DNA of 64,000 nt from assembly GCA_963813815.1 (NCBI GenBank), contig CAWFAD010000007.1:224001-288000 (forward strand), written 5' to 3'. Of the stretch, positions 8,314 to 20,176 are shown piece after piece. A program made the translations under genes and the position numbers. The stretch is from an uncultured bacterium. GTDB taxonomy: Bacteria > Krumholzibacteriota > Krumholzibacteriia > Krumholzibacteriales > Krumholzibacteriaceae. The notes beneath the pieces are model-generated. The model searched no databases. It was not told the origin of the DNA and saw nothing but the letters and a program-made list of their open reading frames with translations. Within the stretch, counting starts at the first letter, position 1. Each line of letters begins with the position of its first letter.

Positions 8314-10134
8314 ATGATGAGGATGAAGGTGCTGCTCGCTGGATCGCTGGTCGCGGCGCTCACGTCGACGTCCTGCTTCTTCCAAAACGACCCCCTCGTT
8401 CCCAACCAGCCGCCGGTCATACTATCGTACGCGCCCGATATCACTTTCTTCAATCTCACGGTGCCGGATTCGTGCAGCTTCTGGCTCGCCGCGTCCGATC
8501 CGGACGGGGACGAAGTTCGCTTCCGCTGGCTCATGGGCGACTCGCTCCTCGGTTCGAGCGAAGCCGTCACCTTTCATGCAGTGAATTCGGGCGAATACGC
8601 CATCAGGGCCGAGGTGCGCGATGGCACGAGGTGCACGACCCACGACTGGTTCGTCACGGTCGCCAGGCTGAACGACGATCCGCCCCGCATCGAATGGTAC
8701 TACCCGGAGCAGGCGCAGATCGCCTGCGCCGTCGGCGACACCCTCGCCTTTCATCTCTCGGCTTGGGACGATTACCCCTCCTCGCTTCGGTACATCTACC
8801 GTCTGGACGGCACCGTGCTGCAGACCGGGCCTCCCGATCTCTTTAAGCGTTTCATGGAGAGCGGCGCGTTCGTTCTCGAAGGCATCGCGTGGGACGGCGC
8901 GCAGGGGGATACGATCGCATGGAACGTGGAAGTCACGGGGTATCCCGATACCCTCCTTCCCGGCGCGATCATCGATCTCTCCGGAGCTCCGGGGGATGTC
9001 GACGGATCGATTTTGCTCGAGTGGACCGCCCCGGGGGACGACGGATACGTGGGGCGCGCGGCTTCCTATATCGTGCGGACCTCGATCTACCCGATCGTGA
9101 CCGAAGAGGATTGGCGGGAGGCCGAGGGGAAGCTCGGCGAGCCGGTTCCGTCGGTGGCGGGCGCGAGCGAGCACATGACCATCAAGAACCTCGTCTCAGC
9201 GAGCGACGTGTTCGTGACCATGCGGGCCGTCGACGACTTTCTGAACCTGTCGCCCCGCGGCAACTGCGTCAAGGTGACCGTTCGCGGCATCGACGTCGCC
9301 GGCCGCGTGGTGGAGGCGAAAACGGGAGCCGGTCTTCCGGGAGTCATCGTATCGGCGAGCACGATGAGCGATACGAGCGGCGCGGACGGTTCATATATTC
9401 TCTCGAACGTTCCCTCCTACACGTCTTGGATCTCGGCGCGCGACGAGCTCGTGGGCGGGCAGCCGGGCGCTTACTATGATATCGTGCGTCCCATGCCGGC
9501 CGTCGAGCAGCTCGTGCATCTCGATTTTCAGATGATCGGGGTGTTCGGACTCGTCAGCACGGTGGAGCCGGATCTCTACTATCTGGGACGCTTTCTCCTC
9601 TTCTACAAGGGGATCACGAAAACCGCGGGAGACTATGGATTGCCGACGGTGTACCGGGGATGGAATCACTGGCCCATCGCCGTGTACAGCCCGGCGTTCG
9701 TCTGGGAGGGGCTCGATCTCAAGGCCGCGGCATCCGGGGCGATGGATGACTGGGAATCCTCCGCGGAGGCCGATGTATTCACCGAGGTCGCTTCCCCTGA
9801 GGAGGCGGACCTCGTGATCATGTACGATACGATATTGGATTATCAGCATAACGTCTCCATTCAGGAGTGCAACGCCGACGGAACGCCGAGCCTCAAGGTG
9901 CTTCGCATCTATACGCAGCACGACGACGTGCCGATCCTCGCCTACTCGCAGCTCGTGTTCGCGCACGAGCTCGGACACGTCATAGGGTTCGATCATAGCC
10001 GAAATGCCGGGCACTTGATGGTCGGTCTCACCATGCCCCAGTCGCATGTTCCGACCGCCGACGAAATCAACGCAGTCCGGTGCCTCTACCGTTTCCCCAA
10101 TATTTTCGACTATAGCTATGTAATCGAAGAATGA
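8314..10134 (+). CDS. Multidomain lipoprotein metalloprotease (Ig/FN3-like, carboxypeptidase-regulatory-like, matrixin M10)
   Basis: Lipobox STSC; WTAPGDDG FN3-like segment; zinc motif HELGHVIGFDHS with Met-turn (LM). Confidence 0.8.
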   Translation: MMRMKVLLAGSLVAALTSTSCFFQNDPLVPNQPPVILSYAPDITFFNLTVPDSCSFWLAASDPDGDEVRFRWLMGDSLLGSSEAVTFHAVNSGEYAIRAEVRDGTRCTTHDWFVTVARLNDDPPRIEWYYPEQAQIACAVGDTLAFHLSAWDDYPSSLRYIYRLDGTVLQTGPPDLFKRFMESGAFVLEGIAWDGAQGDTIAWNVEVTGYPDTLLPGAIIDLSGAPGDVDGSILLEWTAPGDDGYVGRAASYIVRTSIYPIVTEEDWREAEGKLGEPVPSVAGASEHMTIKNLVSASDVFVTMRAVDDFLNLSPRGNCVKVTVRGIDVAGRVVEAKTGAGLPGVIVSASTMSDTSGADGSYILSNVPSYTSWISARDELVGGQPGAYYDIVRPMPAVEQLVHLDFQMIGVFGLVSTVEPDLYYLGRFLLFYKGITKTAGDYGLPTVYRGWNHWPIAVYSPAFVWEGLDLKAAASGAMDDWESSAEADVFTEVASPEEADLVIMYDTILDYQHNVSIQECNADGTPSLKVLRIYTQHDDVPILAYSQLVFAHELGHVIGFDHSRNAGHLMVGLTMPQSHVPTADEINAVRCLYRFPNIFDYSYVIEE

Positions 10135-10301
10135 GCCATTGTGGCGCTCGCGCTCGAATTGTAATGCCAATATGGCGTAGATAGCTTCTGTCTGCCCCGG
10201 CACTCTTGCTCGGCGCTCGCCCATCCAAATGTCATATTATTAATAATATCAATATGTTAGGTGAATATTTTGAGACCTCGGCGCTATGGCATACTCGCTG
10301 C
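10135..10301 (+). promoter_or_regulatory. Sigma54 promoter of clpB with IHF site and two palindromic upstream activator sites
   Basis: TGGCATACTCGCTGC 10287-10301 (GG-N10-GC); TATCAATATGTTA 10247-10259 matches WATCAANNNNTTR; GCCA-N3-TGGC at 10135-10145 and 10166-10176. Confidence 0.72.
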
Positions 10302-10344
10302 GAAGCAGCTATGGTAGGAAAACGCTGAAAAAGGAGCATATGGC

Positions 10345-12999
<2,655 letters not shown>

Positions 13000-13079
13000 G
13001 GGCTTCGTCCCGCCTCGTCGATTTCACGGGCCGCGAGCTTCGAATCGCGGCCCGCGGCGGCATCATGCCGCGTTTGCAA

Positions 13080-13109
13080 TTGACAGAGGCCCATCGGATA
13101 TGGTACTAT
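13080..13109 (+). promoter_or_regulatory. Sigma70 promoter with extended -10
   Basis: TTGACA 13080-13085; TG at 13101-13102 and TACTAT 13104-13109. Confidence 0.7.
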
Positions 13110-13114
13110 CTAAC

Positions 13115-13240
13115 TAACATCAGGAGGAAACTCATCGAGAGCATTTGCTATAGAAATGCGATTTGGAGTTTTTGAAAGGTTGCTTTTCTATAGCGAATGT
13201 TCTCCGAATATCCGGGCGGAGGACTCCGCCCGATTTTTTT
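13115..13240 (+). ncRNA. Candidate structured sRNA or attenuating 5' leader (~125 nt)
   Basis: Lies between a near-consensus promoter and a terminator (stem 13213-13232, then A and T7). Contains a ~28-bp hairpin at 13137-13204 with several G-U pairs. Confidence 0.45.
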
Positions 13241-13335
13241 CGTAGGAGCGCATCGCTCGTACGCGCGGCGACCGGCTGCGGGCGGGCCGCGCGATTCGCG
13301 GCGTGAAACGCACCCATCACGAGGAGGAATTCTAC

Positions 13336-16300
13336 ATGCGACGGCTCATTCCCGTTATCCTCGCACTTTCGTTCTTCGTAGCGCCGGCGGCGACGGCCGT
13401 TTCGGCCTCGACGCTCTCGTACACCTTCGCGCTCGATCCATCCGGAGTTTCCCTGATCGACGACTCGCCGGACGGGGTGAAGGTCGCGATCGAGGGGTAT
13501 GAGCCGCTCGAATATTTCGGTTATCCGTCGCTTCCGTATCGCATCGTGCGCGTCCTGCTCCCGCAGGGCGAGTCGGTAAGCGCCTTCGACCTCGAAGTGC
13601 GGGATGAAATCGACGTCGCTCCGGGCGGGCCGCTCGCCGTGTACCGGGGCAGGGTGCGCGATGACGGCGCGACGGCCGGTCTCGCCGCCTCCGACCGGGA
13701 TCTGCGGACCGAGGAGGGGCTCTATCCGAAGTGGCGCGTCCGCCATCTCGGAACGAGCCGGTACCGCGGGTACGCGGTCGCGTCCTTCGCCCTCTATCCG
13801 GTTCGATGCGATCTCGAGAGCGGGGGGCTCCTCGTCGCCCGCGAGGTTCGTCTCACCGTGGAGACGGCGGGCGCCGCCATCGCGGAGGAAGGCGCGGATC
13901 GCAGGAGATTCGTCGAGGGCTTCCGCGAGGAGTCGCGTCGCGAAGTGGAGAGGATGGTCGTGAATCCGGAAGCGGCGGCAGGATACCTCTTCGACGAGAT
14001 CGGCGTCGATCCGGAAAGCCCCGCCTTTCTGCCGAGCTACGAGCCGAGCATGGAGGGGAGCGAGGTCGCGTACCTGATCGTGACGAACGAGGAGATGGCG
14101 CCGGCGTTCCAGCGGCTCGCCGACTGGAAGACGCGCAAGGGCATTCCCGCGGTGGTGCGGACGGTGGAATGGATCGGCGCGAACGCGCGGACGGGCGCCG
14201 ATCTCGCCGAGTCGGTGCGGAACTACATCCGGGACGCCTACGAGAAATGGGGCGTGGAATGGGTGCTGCTCGGCGGGGACACGGACGTCATCCCCGTGCG
14301 ATTCGCTTTCATGACCTTCTACACGGGAGAGCTCATTCCGACCGACATGTACTACGCGTGCCTCGACGGGACGTGGAACGCCGACGCCGACTCCCTCTGG
14401 GGAGAGGCGTATCAAAGCGTCGACGAGCCGGGCGACGCGTGCGATCTCTACGCGGAGGTGTACCTCGGCCGCATGCCCGCCTCGAGCGCGGCCGAGGCGT
14501 CGGTGCTCGTCAACAAGACGTTGAACTACGAAACCCCCGCCGCCGTCGATTACCAGCGGAAGACCCTGCTTCTCGGCGAGGTGATATTCTTCGACGAGAC
14601 GACCGGCGAAGTCCTCACCGACGGCGCGGAGATCGTCGAGAGCGTTTATACCTTGCATCTCGCCGGCAGATCGGACGTGACGACGTCCCGGCTCTACGAG
14701 AACTATCCGGCCTTCCCCGGCTCCGTTCCGCTCACGAAAGAGGTGGCCGTCGATTCGCTCGATGCCGGCACGAACCACGTCCTCCACGCCGGCCACGGCT
14801 ACAAGTACAACATGTCGGTCGGGGACGCGAGCATTCTGAACTACGACGCCAGCACGCTCGCGAACGGCACGAAACTCTTCTCGATGTACCTGCTGAACTG
14901 CACGAACCTCGCCTTCGACACGGATTGTCTCGCCGAGTATTTTCTGCTCAATGCGAACGGCGGGGCGTATGCCGTGACGGGAGCGACGCGTTCCGCGTTT
15001 CCGAGCGCTTCCCGTCCCTACCTCGACAACTATTACCATCTCCTCTACGGCGAGAACGTCGTGCAGCTTGGCAAGGTGTTCACGCAGTCGCGCGAGCCCT
15101 TTACCGCGAGCGCCGAGGGCGAGACGGCCGACCGGTGGACGCACTTCATCTACAACTACCTCGGTGACCCCGAGAGCTGTATGTTTCAGGGGGCGGCGCG
15201 GACCTTCGCCGTGACGAAGCCGACGTCGGCCGTGTACGGCGCGAACGACATCAACATCTCCGTGAGAAGCGGGGGGTTCCTGGTCGATTCGGCGTACGTC
15301 TGCGTGTACAAGCCGGGCGACGACTACCGGTTCGGCGCCGCCGACAACGGCATGATCGCCTTCAACGATTTTCTCGTCAAATCGAGCGGCTATATCTACT
15401 TCACGGTCACCGGCCTCAACCATTGCCGCTACCGGGACTCCATCATGGTCGCGGCCCAGACGCCGGCGTATCTGCGCTTCAACCGGGCACGGGTCGAGGA
15501 TGTCGTCGTCGGCAACGGCGATGACGCGCTCGATGCCGGCGAAACGGCCGATCTCGAGATCGAGCTCATGAACACGGGATTCACGGGGGCGACGAAGCTG
15601 TACGCGAAGATACGCTCTCGCGATCCCCTGGCGTCGGTTCTGGACAGCACGGCCGTCTACCCCGATATCGGGCCCTACCAGAAGGCCTTCGGCACGGATC
15701 CCTTCCGGATCGCCGTCGGATCGTCGTCGGCGGACGGTCACGCGCTCGAGTTCTCGCTCGAGGTGCGCGACTCGACGGGCGGGCTCTGGTCGGAGCGATT
15801 CGCGATCGAGGCGCACGGTCCCTCGCTCGAGCTTTTCGTCAACACGGTGAGCGACACGCTCCCCTACGGCGATAACGACGGCGTCATCGAGGCGAACGAG
15901 AGCTATCTCGTTCGGATCGGCGTCAAGAACTTCGGCACGGGCGAGGCCTACGGTCTCGCCGGCACGCTCGCCTCGAGCGATCCCGACGTGACGATCGTGG
16001 ATGGGACCGCCTCATACGATCCCGTCCAGCCGTTCGGCACGCGGCTCGGCCAGGGATTCGTGATCAGAGAGAAGACCGTCGCGGAATCGAACTACCTCAC
16101 CTTCACCCTGACGGACGCCTACGGCCGGGCGTACAGCCGGAGGATCGAGCTCCGCAGGCCAGGCGCCCCCTCCACGCTCGTGTTGAACTCGGGCTACGGC
16201 CCCTACGAGATGCACGCGACCTGGCGGGCGCCGGACGGCCTCGATAGCTATCGCTATCGCGTGTACCGGGCCGACGCCTCGGGCGGGCCGTACTCGGCGG

Positions 16301-18294
16301 TGAGCGCCGATCTCGTGCTCTACACGCTCTTCCGGGATCTGGGGCTCGCCTCCAGCACGCGCTACTACTACGTGGTGACGGCGGTCGACTCGTGCGGCAA
16401 CGAAGGTCCCCCGAGCGCCGAGCGATGGGCGACGACCAATCCGCCGCAGCTCGCCGGCTGGCCGAACAAGGTGGACAAGGAAACGGCTTCCTCGGTCAAG
16501 ATAGGCGACATCAACGGCGACACGCACCCCGACGTCGTCGTCGGCTCGAACTACGTCTACGCGTGGCGCAGCGACGGCGTGGAGGTTCGCGACGGAGACG
16601 GCCAGCCGATCACGTGGGGCATCTTCAACACCCTCGGGAGCAACTTCACGGCCACGGTAGCGCTCGCGAACCTCGACGGCGCGCAGGGCCTCGAAATCAT
16701 CGGCGCCTCGTGGGACACGAAGCAGATCTACATTTTCAAGAAGGACGGGAGCGTGCTCGCCGGCTGGCCGAAGACGACGTCGTATCTGTGCTGGGCGAGC
16801 CCCGTCGTGGGGGATTTCGACGGCAACGGGGATCTCGAAATCTTCGCCTACGACGTCGGCGGGATCGTGTACGCGTGGCATCACGACGGAACCGAGGTCC
16901 GCGACGGCGACGGCAATCCGGCGACGAACGGCCCGTTCTTCGTCACGAAAAACCCGGGGACGTGGCACATTCCCACGCCGGCCTTCGCCGATATCGACGC
17001 GGACGGAGTCGGCGAGCTCGTGATCTGCTCGCCCTACGACAGCGTATACTGCTTGAACTACAACGGCAGCCGCGTGCCCGGCTGGCCGGTGAAGCTCGTG
17101 GACCAGAACGTCACGTCGAGCCCGGCCGTGGGCGACGTCGACGGCGACGGCCGCCTCGAGATCATGGTGACGGGCTCCGCGGGATGGGTCGACGGGCTGA
17201 ACCACGACGGCACCCTGATGACGGGCTGGCACAAGTGGGTCTATCTCAACACGAACACCATAGCCCCGTCCACCGCGCTCGCAGACCTCAACGACGACGG
17301 TCGGCTCGAGGTCATCGTCGCGGCGCTCGATTCCAAAGTCTACATCTGGAGCTACAACGGAGCGATCTACCCCGGATGGCCGCAGCCGTACGCGACGTCG
17401 GGCGCATCCGAGTCATCGCCGGTCGTCATCGACATAGACGGCGACGGAAGCCTCGACATCATTGCCGGTTCGGAAGAGGGGCGTCTCAGCGCCTGGAACC
17501 AGGCCGGCCAGTACATCGCGGGGTTCCCGATCCAGATCGGGAGCTTTCTGCGCGGGACCCCCGTGGCGGCCGATCTCGATTTCGACGGCGATATCGATCT
17601 CGCCACCTCCTGCTGGGACCAGAACGTCTACATCTGGGACGTGCCGGGAGCATGGTCGCCGGAGGCTCTCGCGTGGAACGGGTTCCGCTCCAACATCTAC
17701 AACAGCGGGCTGAAGGATTTTGCCGCCGCGACGGCGGTCGGCCAGATCGCGTGCGTCTACCGGTTCGCCGACGGGATGATCGAGCTCAATTGGTCGGTGC
17801 CGGCGGACGGCGTTTCGTGGAATCTGCTCCGCGAGGGAGGGGACGAGCCGTTCGAGATCATCGCCGAGGGGCTTCGTTCGGAGGCGGCAATGATCAGCTT
17901 CGTCGACGCCGCCGCCGAGCCGGGGATCGTCTACCGGTACCGGCTCGAGGCCGTTGACGACCTCGCCCTCTCCGCGACGACCGACGAGATCATGATTCCC
18001 GTCTCGCGCGCGCATCTCTACCAGAATCATCCGAACCCGTTCAACCCCTCGACGACGATGTCGTTCACGGTGCCCGGCGGGGTCGATTCCCGCAGCGCGG
18101 TGCACCTCGCCGTCTACGACGTGGCCGGGGCCCTCGTGAAGACGCTCGTGAGCGGCGCCCTCCCGGGCGGCCGGCACGAGGCGCGATGGGATGGATGCAA
18201 CGAGCGCGGACGAGAGGTTTCGAGCGGCATCTATTTCGCGAAGCTGCAGGCGGTGGGGGAGAGGTCCGTTCGCAAGCTCGTCCTGCTCCGCTGA
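13336..18294 (+). CDS. Secreted C25 (gingipain-family) cysteine peptidase with propeptide, Ig/FN3, FG-GAP repeats and FlgD/T9SS-type C-terminal domain
   Basis: RBS GAGGAGG; signal peptide; YLIVT, WKTRKG, VLLGGD, TDMYY, YLGRMP, catalytic HAGHG and LNCT, YNYLGDP; multiple GDxDGDG repeats; QNHPNPFNPST...WDG...SGIYF...RKLVLLR. Confidence 0.9.
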   Translation: MRRLIPVILALSFFVAPAATAVSASTLSYTFALDPSGVSLIDDSPDGVKVAIEGYEPLEYFGYPSLPYRIVRVLLPQGESVSAFDLEVRDEIDVAPGGPLAVYRGRVRDDGATAGLAASDRDLRTEEGLYPKWRVRHLGTSRYRGYAVASFALYPVRCDLESGGLLVAREVRLTVETAGAAIAEEGADRRRFVEGFREESRREVERMVVNPEAAAGYLFDEIGVDPESPAFLPSYEPSMEGSEVAYLIVTNEEMAPAFQRLADWKTRKGIPAVVRTVEWIGANARTGADLAESVRNYIRDAYEKWGVEWVLLGGDTDVIPVRFAFMTFYTGELIPTDMYYACLDGTWNADADSLWGEAYQSVDEPGDACDLYAEVYLGRMPASSAAEASVLVNKTLNYETPAAVDYQRKTLLLGEVIFFDETTGEVLTDGAEIVESVYTLHLAGRSDVTTSRLYENYPAFPGSVPLTKEVAVDSLDAGTNHVLHAGHGYKYNMSVGDASILNYDASTLANGTKLFSMYLLNCTNLAFDTDCLAEYFLLNANGGAYAVTGATRSAFPSASRPYLDNYYHLLYGENVVQLGKVFTQSREPFTASAEGETADRWTHFIYNYLGDPESCMFQGAARTFAVTKPTSAVYGANDINISVRSGGFLVDSAYVCVYKPGDDYRFGAADNGMIAFNDFLVKSSGYIYFTVTGLNHCRYRDSIMVAAQTPAYLRFNRARVEDVVVGNGDDALDAGETADLEIELMNTGFTGATKLYAKIRSRDPLASVLDSTAVYPDIGPYQKAFGTDPFRIAVGSSSADGHALEFSLEVRDSTGGLWSERFAIEAHGPSLELFVNTVSDTLPYGDNDGVIEANESYLVRIGVKNFGTGEAYGLAGTLASSDPDVTIVDGTASYDPVQPFGTRLGQGFVIREKTVAESNYLTFTLTDAYGRAYSRRIELRRPGAPSTLVLNSGYGPYEMHATWRAPDGLDSYRYRVYRADASGGPYSAVSADLVLYTLFRDLGLASSTRYYYVVTAVDSCGNEGPPSAERWATTNPPQLAGWPNKVDKETASSVKIGDINGDTHPDVVVGSNYVYAWRSDGVEVRDGDGQPITWGIFNTLGSNFTATVALANLDGAQGLEIIGASWDTKQIYIFKKDGSVLAGWPKTTSYLCWASPVVGDFDGNGDLEIFAYDVGGIVYAWHHDGTEVRDGDGNPATNGPFFVTKNPGTWHIPTPAFADIDADGVGELVICSPYDSVYCLNYNGSRVPGWPVKLVDQNVTSSPAVGDVDGDGRLEIMVTGSAGWVDGLNHDGTLMTGWHKWVYLNTNTIAPSTALADLNDDGRLEVIVAALDSKVYIWSYNGAIYPGWPQPYATSGASESSPVVIDIDGDGSLDIIAGSEEGRLSAWNQAGQYIAGFPIQIGSFLRGTPVAADLDFDGDIDLATSCWDQNVYIWDVPGAWSPEALAWNGFRSNIYNSGLKDFAAATAVGQIACVYRFADGMIELNWSVPADGVSWNLLREGGDEPFEIIAEGLRSEAAMISFVDAAAEPGIVYRYRLEAVDDLALSATTDEIMIPVSRAHLYQNHPNPFNPSTTMSFTVPGGVDSRSAVHLAVYDVAGALVKTLVSGALPGGRHEARWDGCNERGREVSSGIYFAKLQAVGERSVRKLVLLR

Positions 18295-18333
18295 CGCGAG
18301 CGGCGGGCCGGGATCGAGCGAGACCGGCGAAGG

Positions 18334-18756
18334 CTATTTCGCGCGCCGCGCGTTTCGAACGCGCGCGGCGCGCTTTTTGTTTCGCGCCCCTCGCGTGTGG
18401 CGCTCGAGCTCCTCGTACGACCGGAAGTGCAGATCGAAGTCGTACTCCTGGTCGAACTCGCAATCTCCCGCGTCGTGCTCGCGGCAGATGCGGGGGCGCG
18501 TCGGATAGATGAGACAGCCGCGCGGGGGATCGTAGAAGCGGCACGGCGTTTTCACCAGAACGTGCCAGCTCCGGCCCTTGGTGTAGATCTCCACGTTTCG
18601 ATGCGCGATGATCCAGAGCAAATCGTCGAAATCGGACGGAGTTTCCGGTTTGTCGATCTCCGTCGAGAAATACATGCAGCATTTGGCCGGAACGCACCTC
18701 GGACAGGCCGGTTTGCTCTCCGCCGGACCGCGAGCGGCCTTTTTGCTTTGCTTCAT
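18334..18756 (-). CDS. YkgJ-family (CxxCxxCC) cysteine-cluster protein
   Basis: CPRCVPAKCC...CRFYD...GCLIYPTRPRICR. Confidence 0.85.
   Translation of the reverse strand: MKQSKKAARGPAESKPACPRCVPAKCCMYFSTEIDKPETPSDFDDLLWIIAHRNVEIYTKGRSWHVLVKTPCRFYDPPRGCLIYPTRPRICREHDAGDCEFDQEYDFDLHFRSYEELERHTRGARNKKRAARVRNARRAK
18341..18379 (+). terminator. Probable terminator of the C25 gene, embedded in the 3' end of the convergent YkgJ gene
   Basis: GCGCGCCGCGCG / CGCGCGGCGCGC stem followed by TTTTTG. Confidence 0.5.
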
Positions 18757-18856
18757 GGTGGTCGCCGAGCTCCCTTCCCCCGCAGACATCGATACCGTCC
18801 AAGCCCATGGCAGGCGCCGGCTAACACGGCCGGACAGACCGGCGGGGTGAAGGGCA

Positions 18857-18890
18857 TTGACACCCCCCGGCGCATATTGTATGGTATGGT
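18857..18890 (+). promoter_or_regulatory. Sigma70 promoter of the acd-etfBA-fadF operon
   Basis: TTGACA 18857-18862, 17-nt spacer, TATGGT 18880-18885. Confidence 0.55.
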
Positions 18891-18985
18891 TTTATCGCAA
18901 GTTTTCGGAGAAAGCGCAATTAAGAATTGCCCGTCGGGCGTTTTCGCCGGTTCGGCCGCCGCACGGGGAGCCGCGAGGAGCGCAG

Positions 18986-20149
18986 ATGCAATACCCGCTG
19001 AACGAGCAGGAACGGATGATTCAGGCGACCGCGCGGGATTTCGCGCGGAATGAGCTCGCCCCCGTCGCCCTCGAGGCGAACGAGAAGGGATTCTTCCCCG
19101 CGGAGATCTACCGGAAGCTCGCCGACCTCGGATTCCTCGGCGTCACGATGCCCGAGGAGTACGGCGGGGTCAATCTCGACACCATGAGCCTCATGCTCGT
19201 GCTCGAGGAGATCGCGGCCGTCTGCGCGTCGACCGCCGTGACGCTCTCGGTGCACAACTCGCTCACCAACTGGTGCATCCTGAAGTACGGAACCGAGGAG
19301 GCGAGGGCGCGATACCTTCCCCGCCTCGCCGCGGGCGAGATCCTCGGCGCGTACGCGATCACCGAGTCGGAGGCGGGGAGCGACGTCGCCGCCATGCGCA
19401 TGACGGCCGTCAAGAAGGGGAACGAATACATACTGAACGGCGCCAAGATTTTCATCTCGACGGGGGACCGCGCGGGCGCCGTCATCGTTTTCGCGCGCAC
19501 GGATCCGCGGGAGCGCACGAAGGGGATCAGCGCGTTCGTCGTCGACCCTTCGTCCCGCGGCTTCTCGATCGGCAAGGTCGAGAAGAAGCTCGGCCTGCGC
19601 GCGTCGAGCACGGTCGAGCTCGTTTTCGAGGATTGCCCGGTCCCGGCCGGAAACCTTCTCGGCGGCGAGGGGCAGGGAATGAAGATCGCGCTGGCCGGCC
19701 TCGATGGCGGCCGGATCGGCATCGCCGCGCAGTCGGTCGGCATCGCCCAGGCGGCGCTCGACGAGGGGATCCGGTACGCCCGGGAGCGAAGGCAGTTCGG
19801 CTCGCGCATCGTCGATTTCCAGTCGACCCGCTGGAATATCGCCGATCGGGCGACGGACATAGAGGCGGCGCGGCTTCTCGTCTACCGCGCGGCGAAGCTG
19901 CGCGACGCCGGCGAGCCGTACACGAAGGAAGCCGCCATGGCCAAGCTCTTCGCGAGCCGCGCGGCCAACAGGGTCGCCTACGACGCCCTCCAGATGCACG
20001 GGGGCGTGGGATACACTCAGGAGTTCATCATCGAGCGGCTCTTCCGGGACGCTCGCGTGACCGAGCTCTACGAGGGAACGAGCGAAATTCAGCGGCTCGT
20101 CATCTCGCGGGCGGTCATCGAGGAGTTCGAGCGGACGATTCCGGAATGA
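18986..20149 (+). CDS. Acyl-CoA dehydrogenase (short-chain/butyryl-CoA type)
   Basis: RBS GAGGAG; AITESEAGSD, LNGAKIFIS, KLGLRASST, GRIGIAAQ, ERRQFG, QMHGGVGY, YEGTSEIQR. Confidence 0.95.
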   Translation: MQYPLNEQERMIQATARDFARNELAPVALEANEKGFFPAEIYRKLADLGFLGVTMPEEYGGVNLDTMSLMLVLEEIAAVCASTAVTLSVHNSLTNWCILKYGTEEARARYLPRLAAGEILGAYAITESEAGSDVAAMRMTAVKKGNEYILNGAKIFISTGDRAGAVIVFARTDPRERTKGISAFVVDPSSRGFSIGKVEKKLGLRASSTVELVFEDCPVPAGNLLGGEGQGMKIALAGLDGGRIGIAAQSVGIAQAALDEGIRYARERRQFGSRIVDFQSTRWNIADRATDIEAARLLVYRAAKLRDAGEPYTKEAAMAKLFASRAANRVAYDALQMHGGVGYTQEFIIERLFRDARVTELYEGTSEIQRLVISRAVIEEFERTIPE

Positions 20150-20176
20150 TGCGGCGGACGCCGAAAGGAGGGGCAG

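Noticed and set aside
10135..10344. AT-rich intergenic patches (also 27240-27410 and 38900-39240) as horizontally acquired DNA
   Set aside because: Explained by promoter, IHF and UP-element sequence; the flanking genes have host-like composition.
13027..13054. 10-bp GC hairpin after clpB as an intrinsic terminator
   Set aside because: No adjacent U tract; it may be a pause or stability element, but cannot be supported as a terminator.
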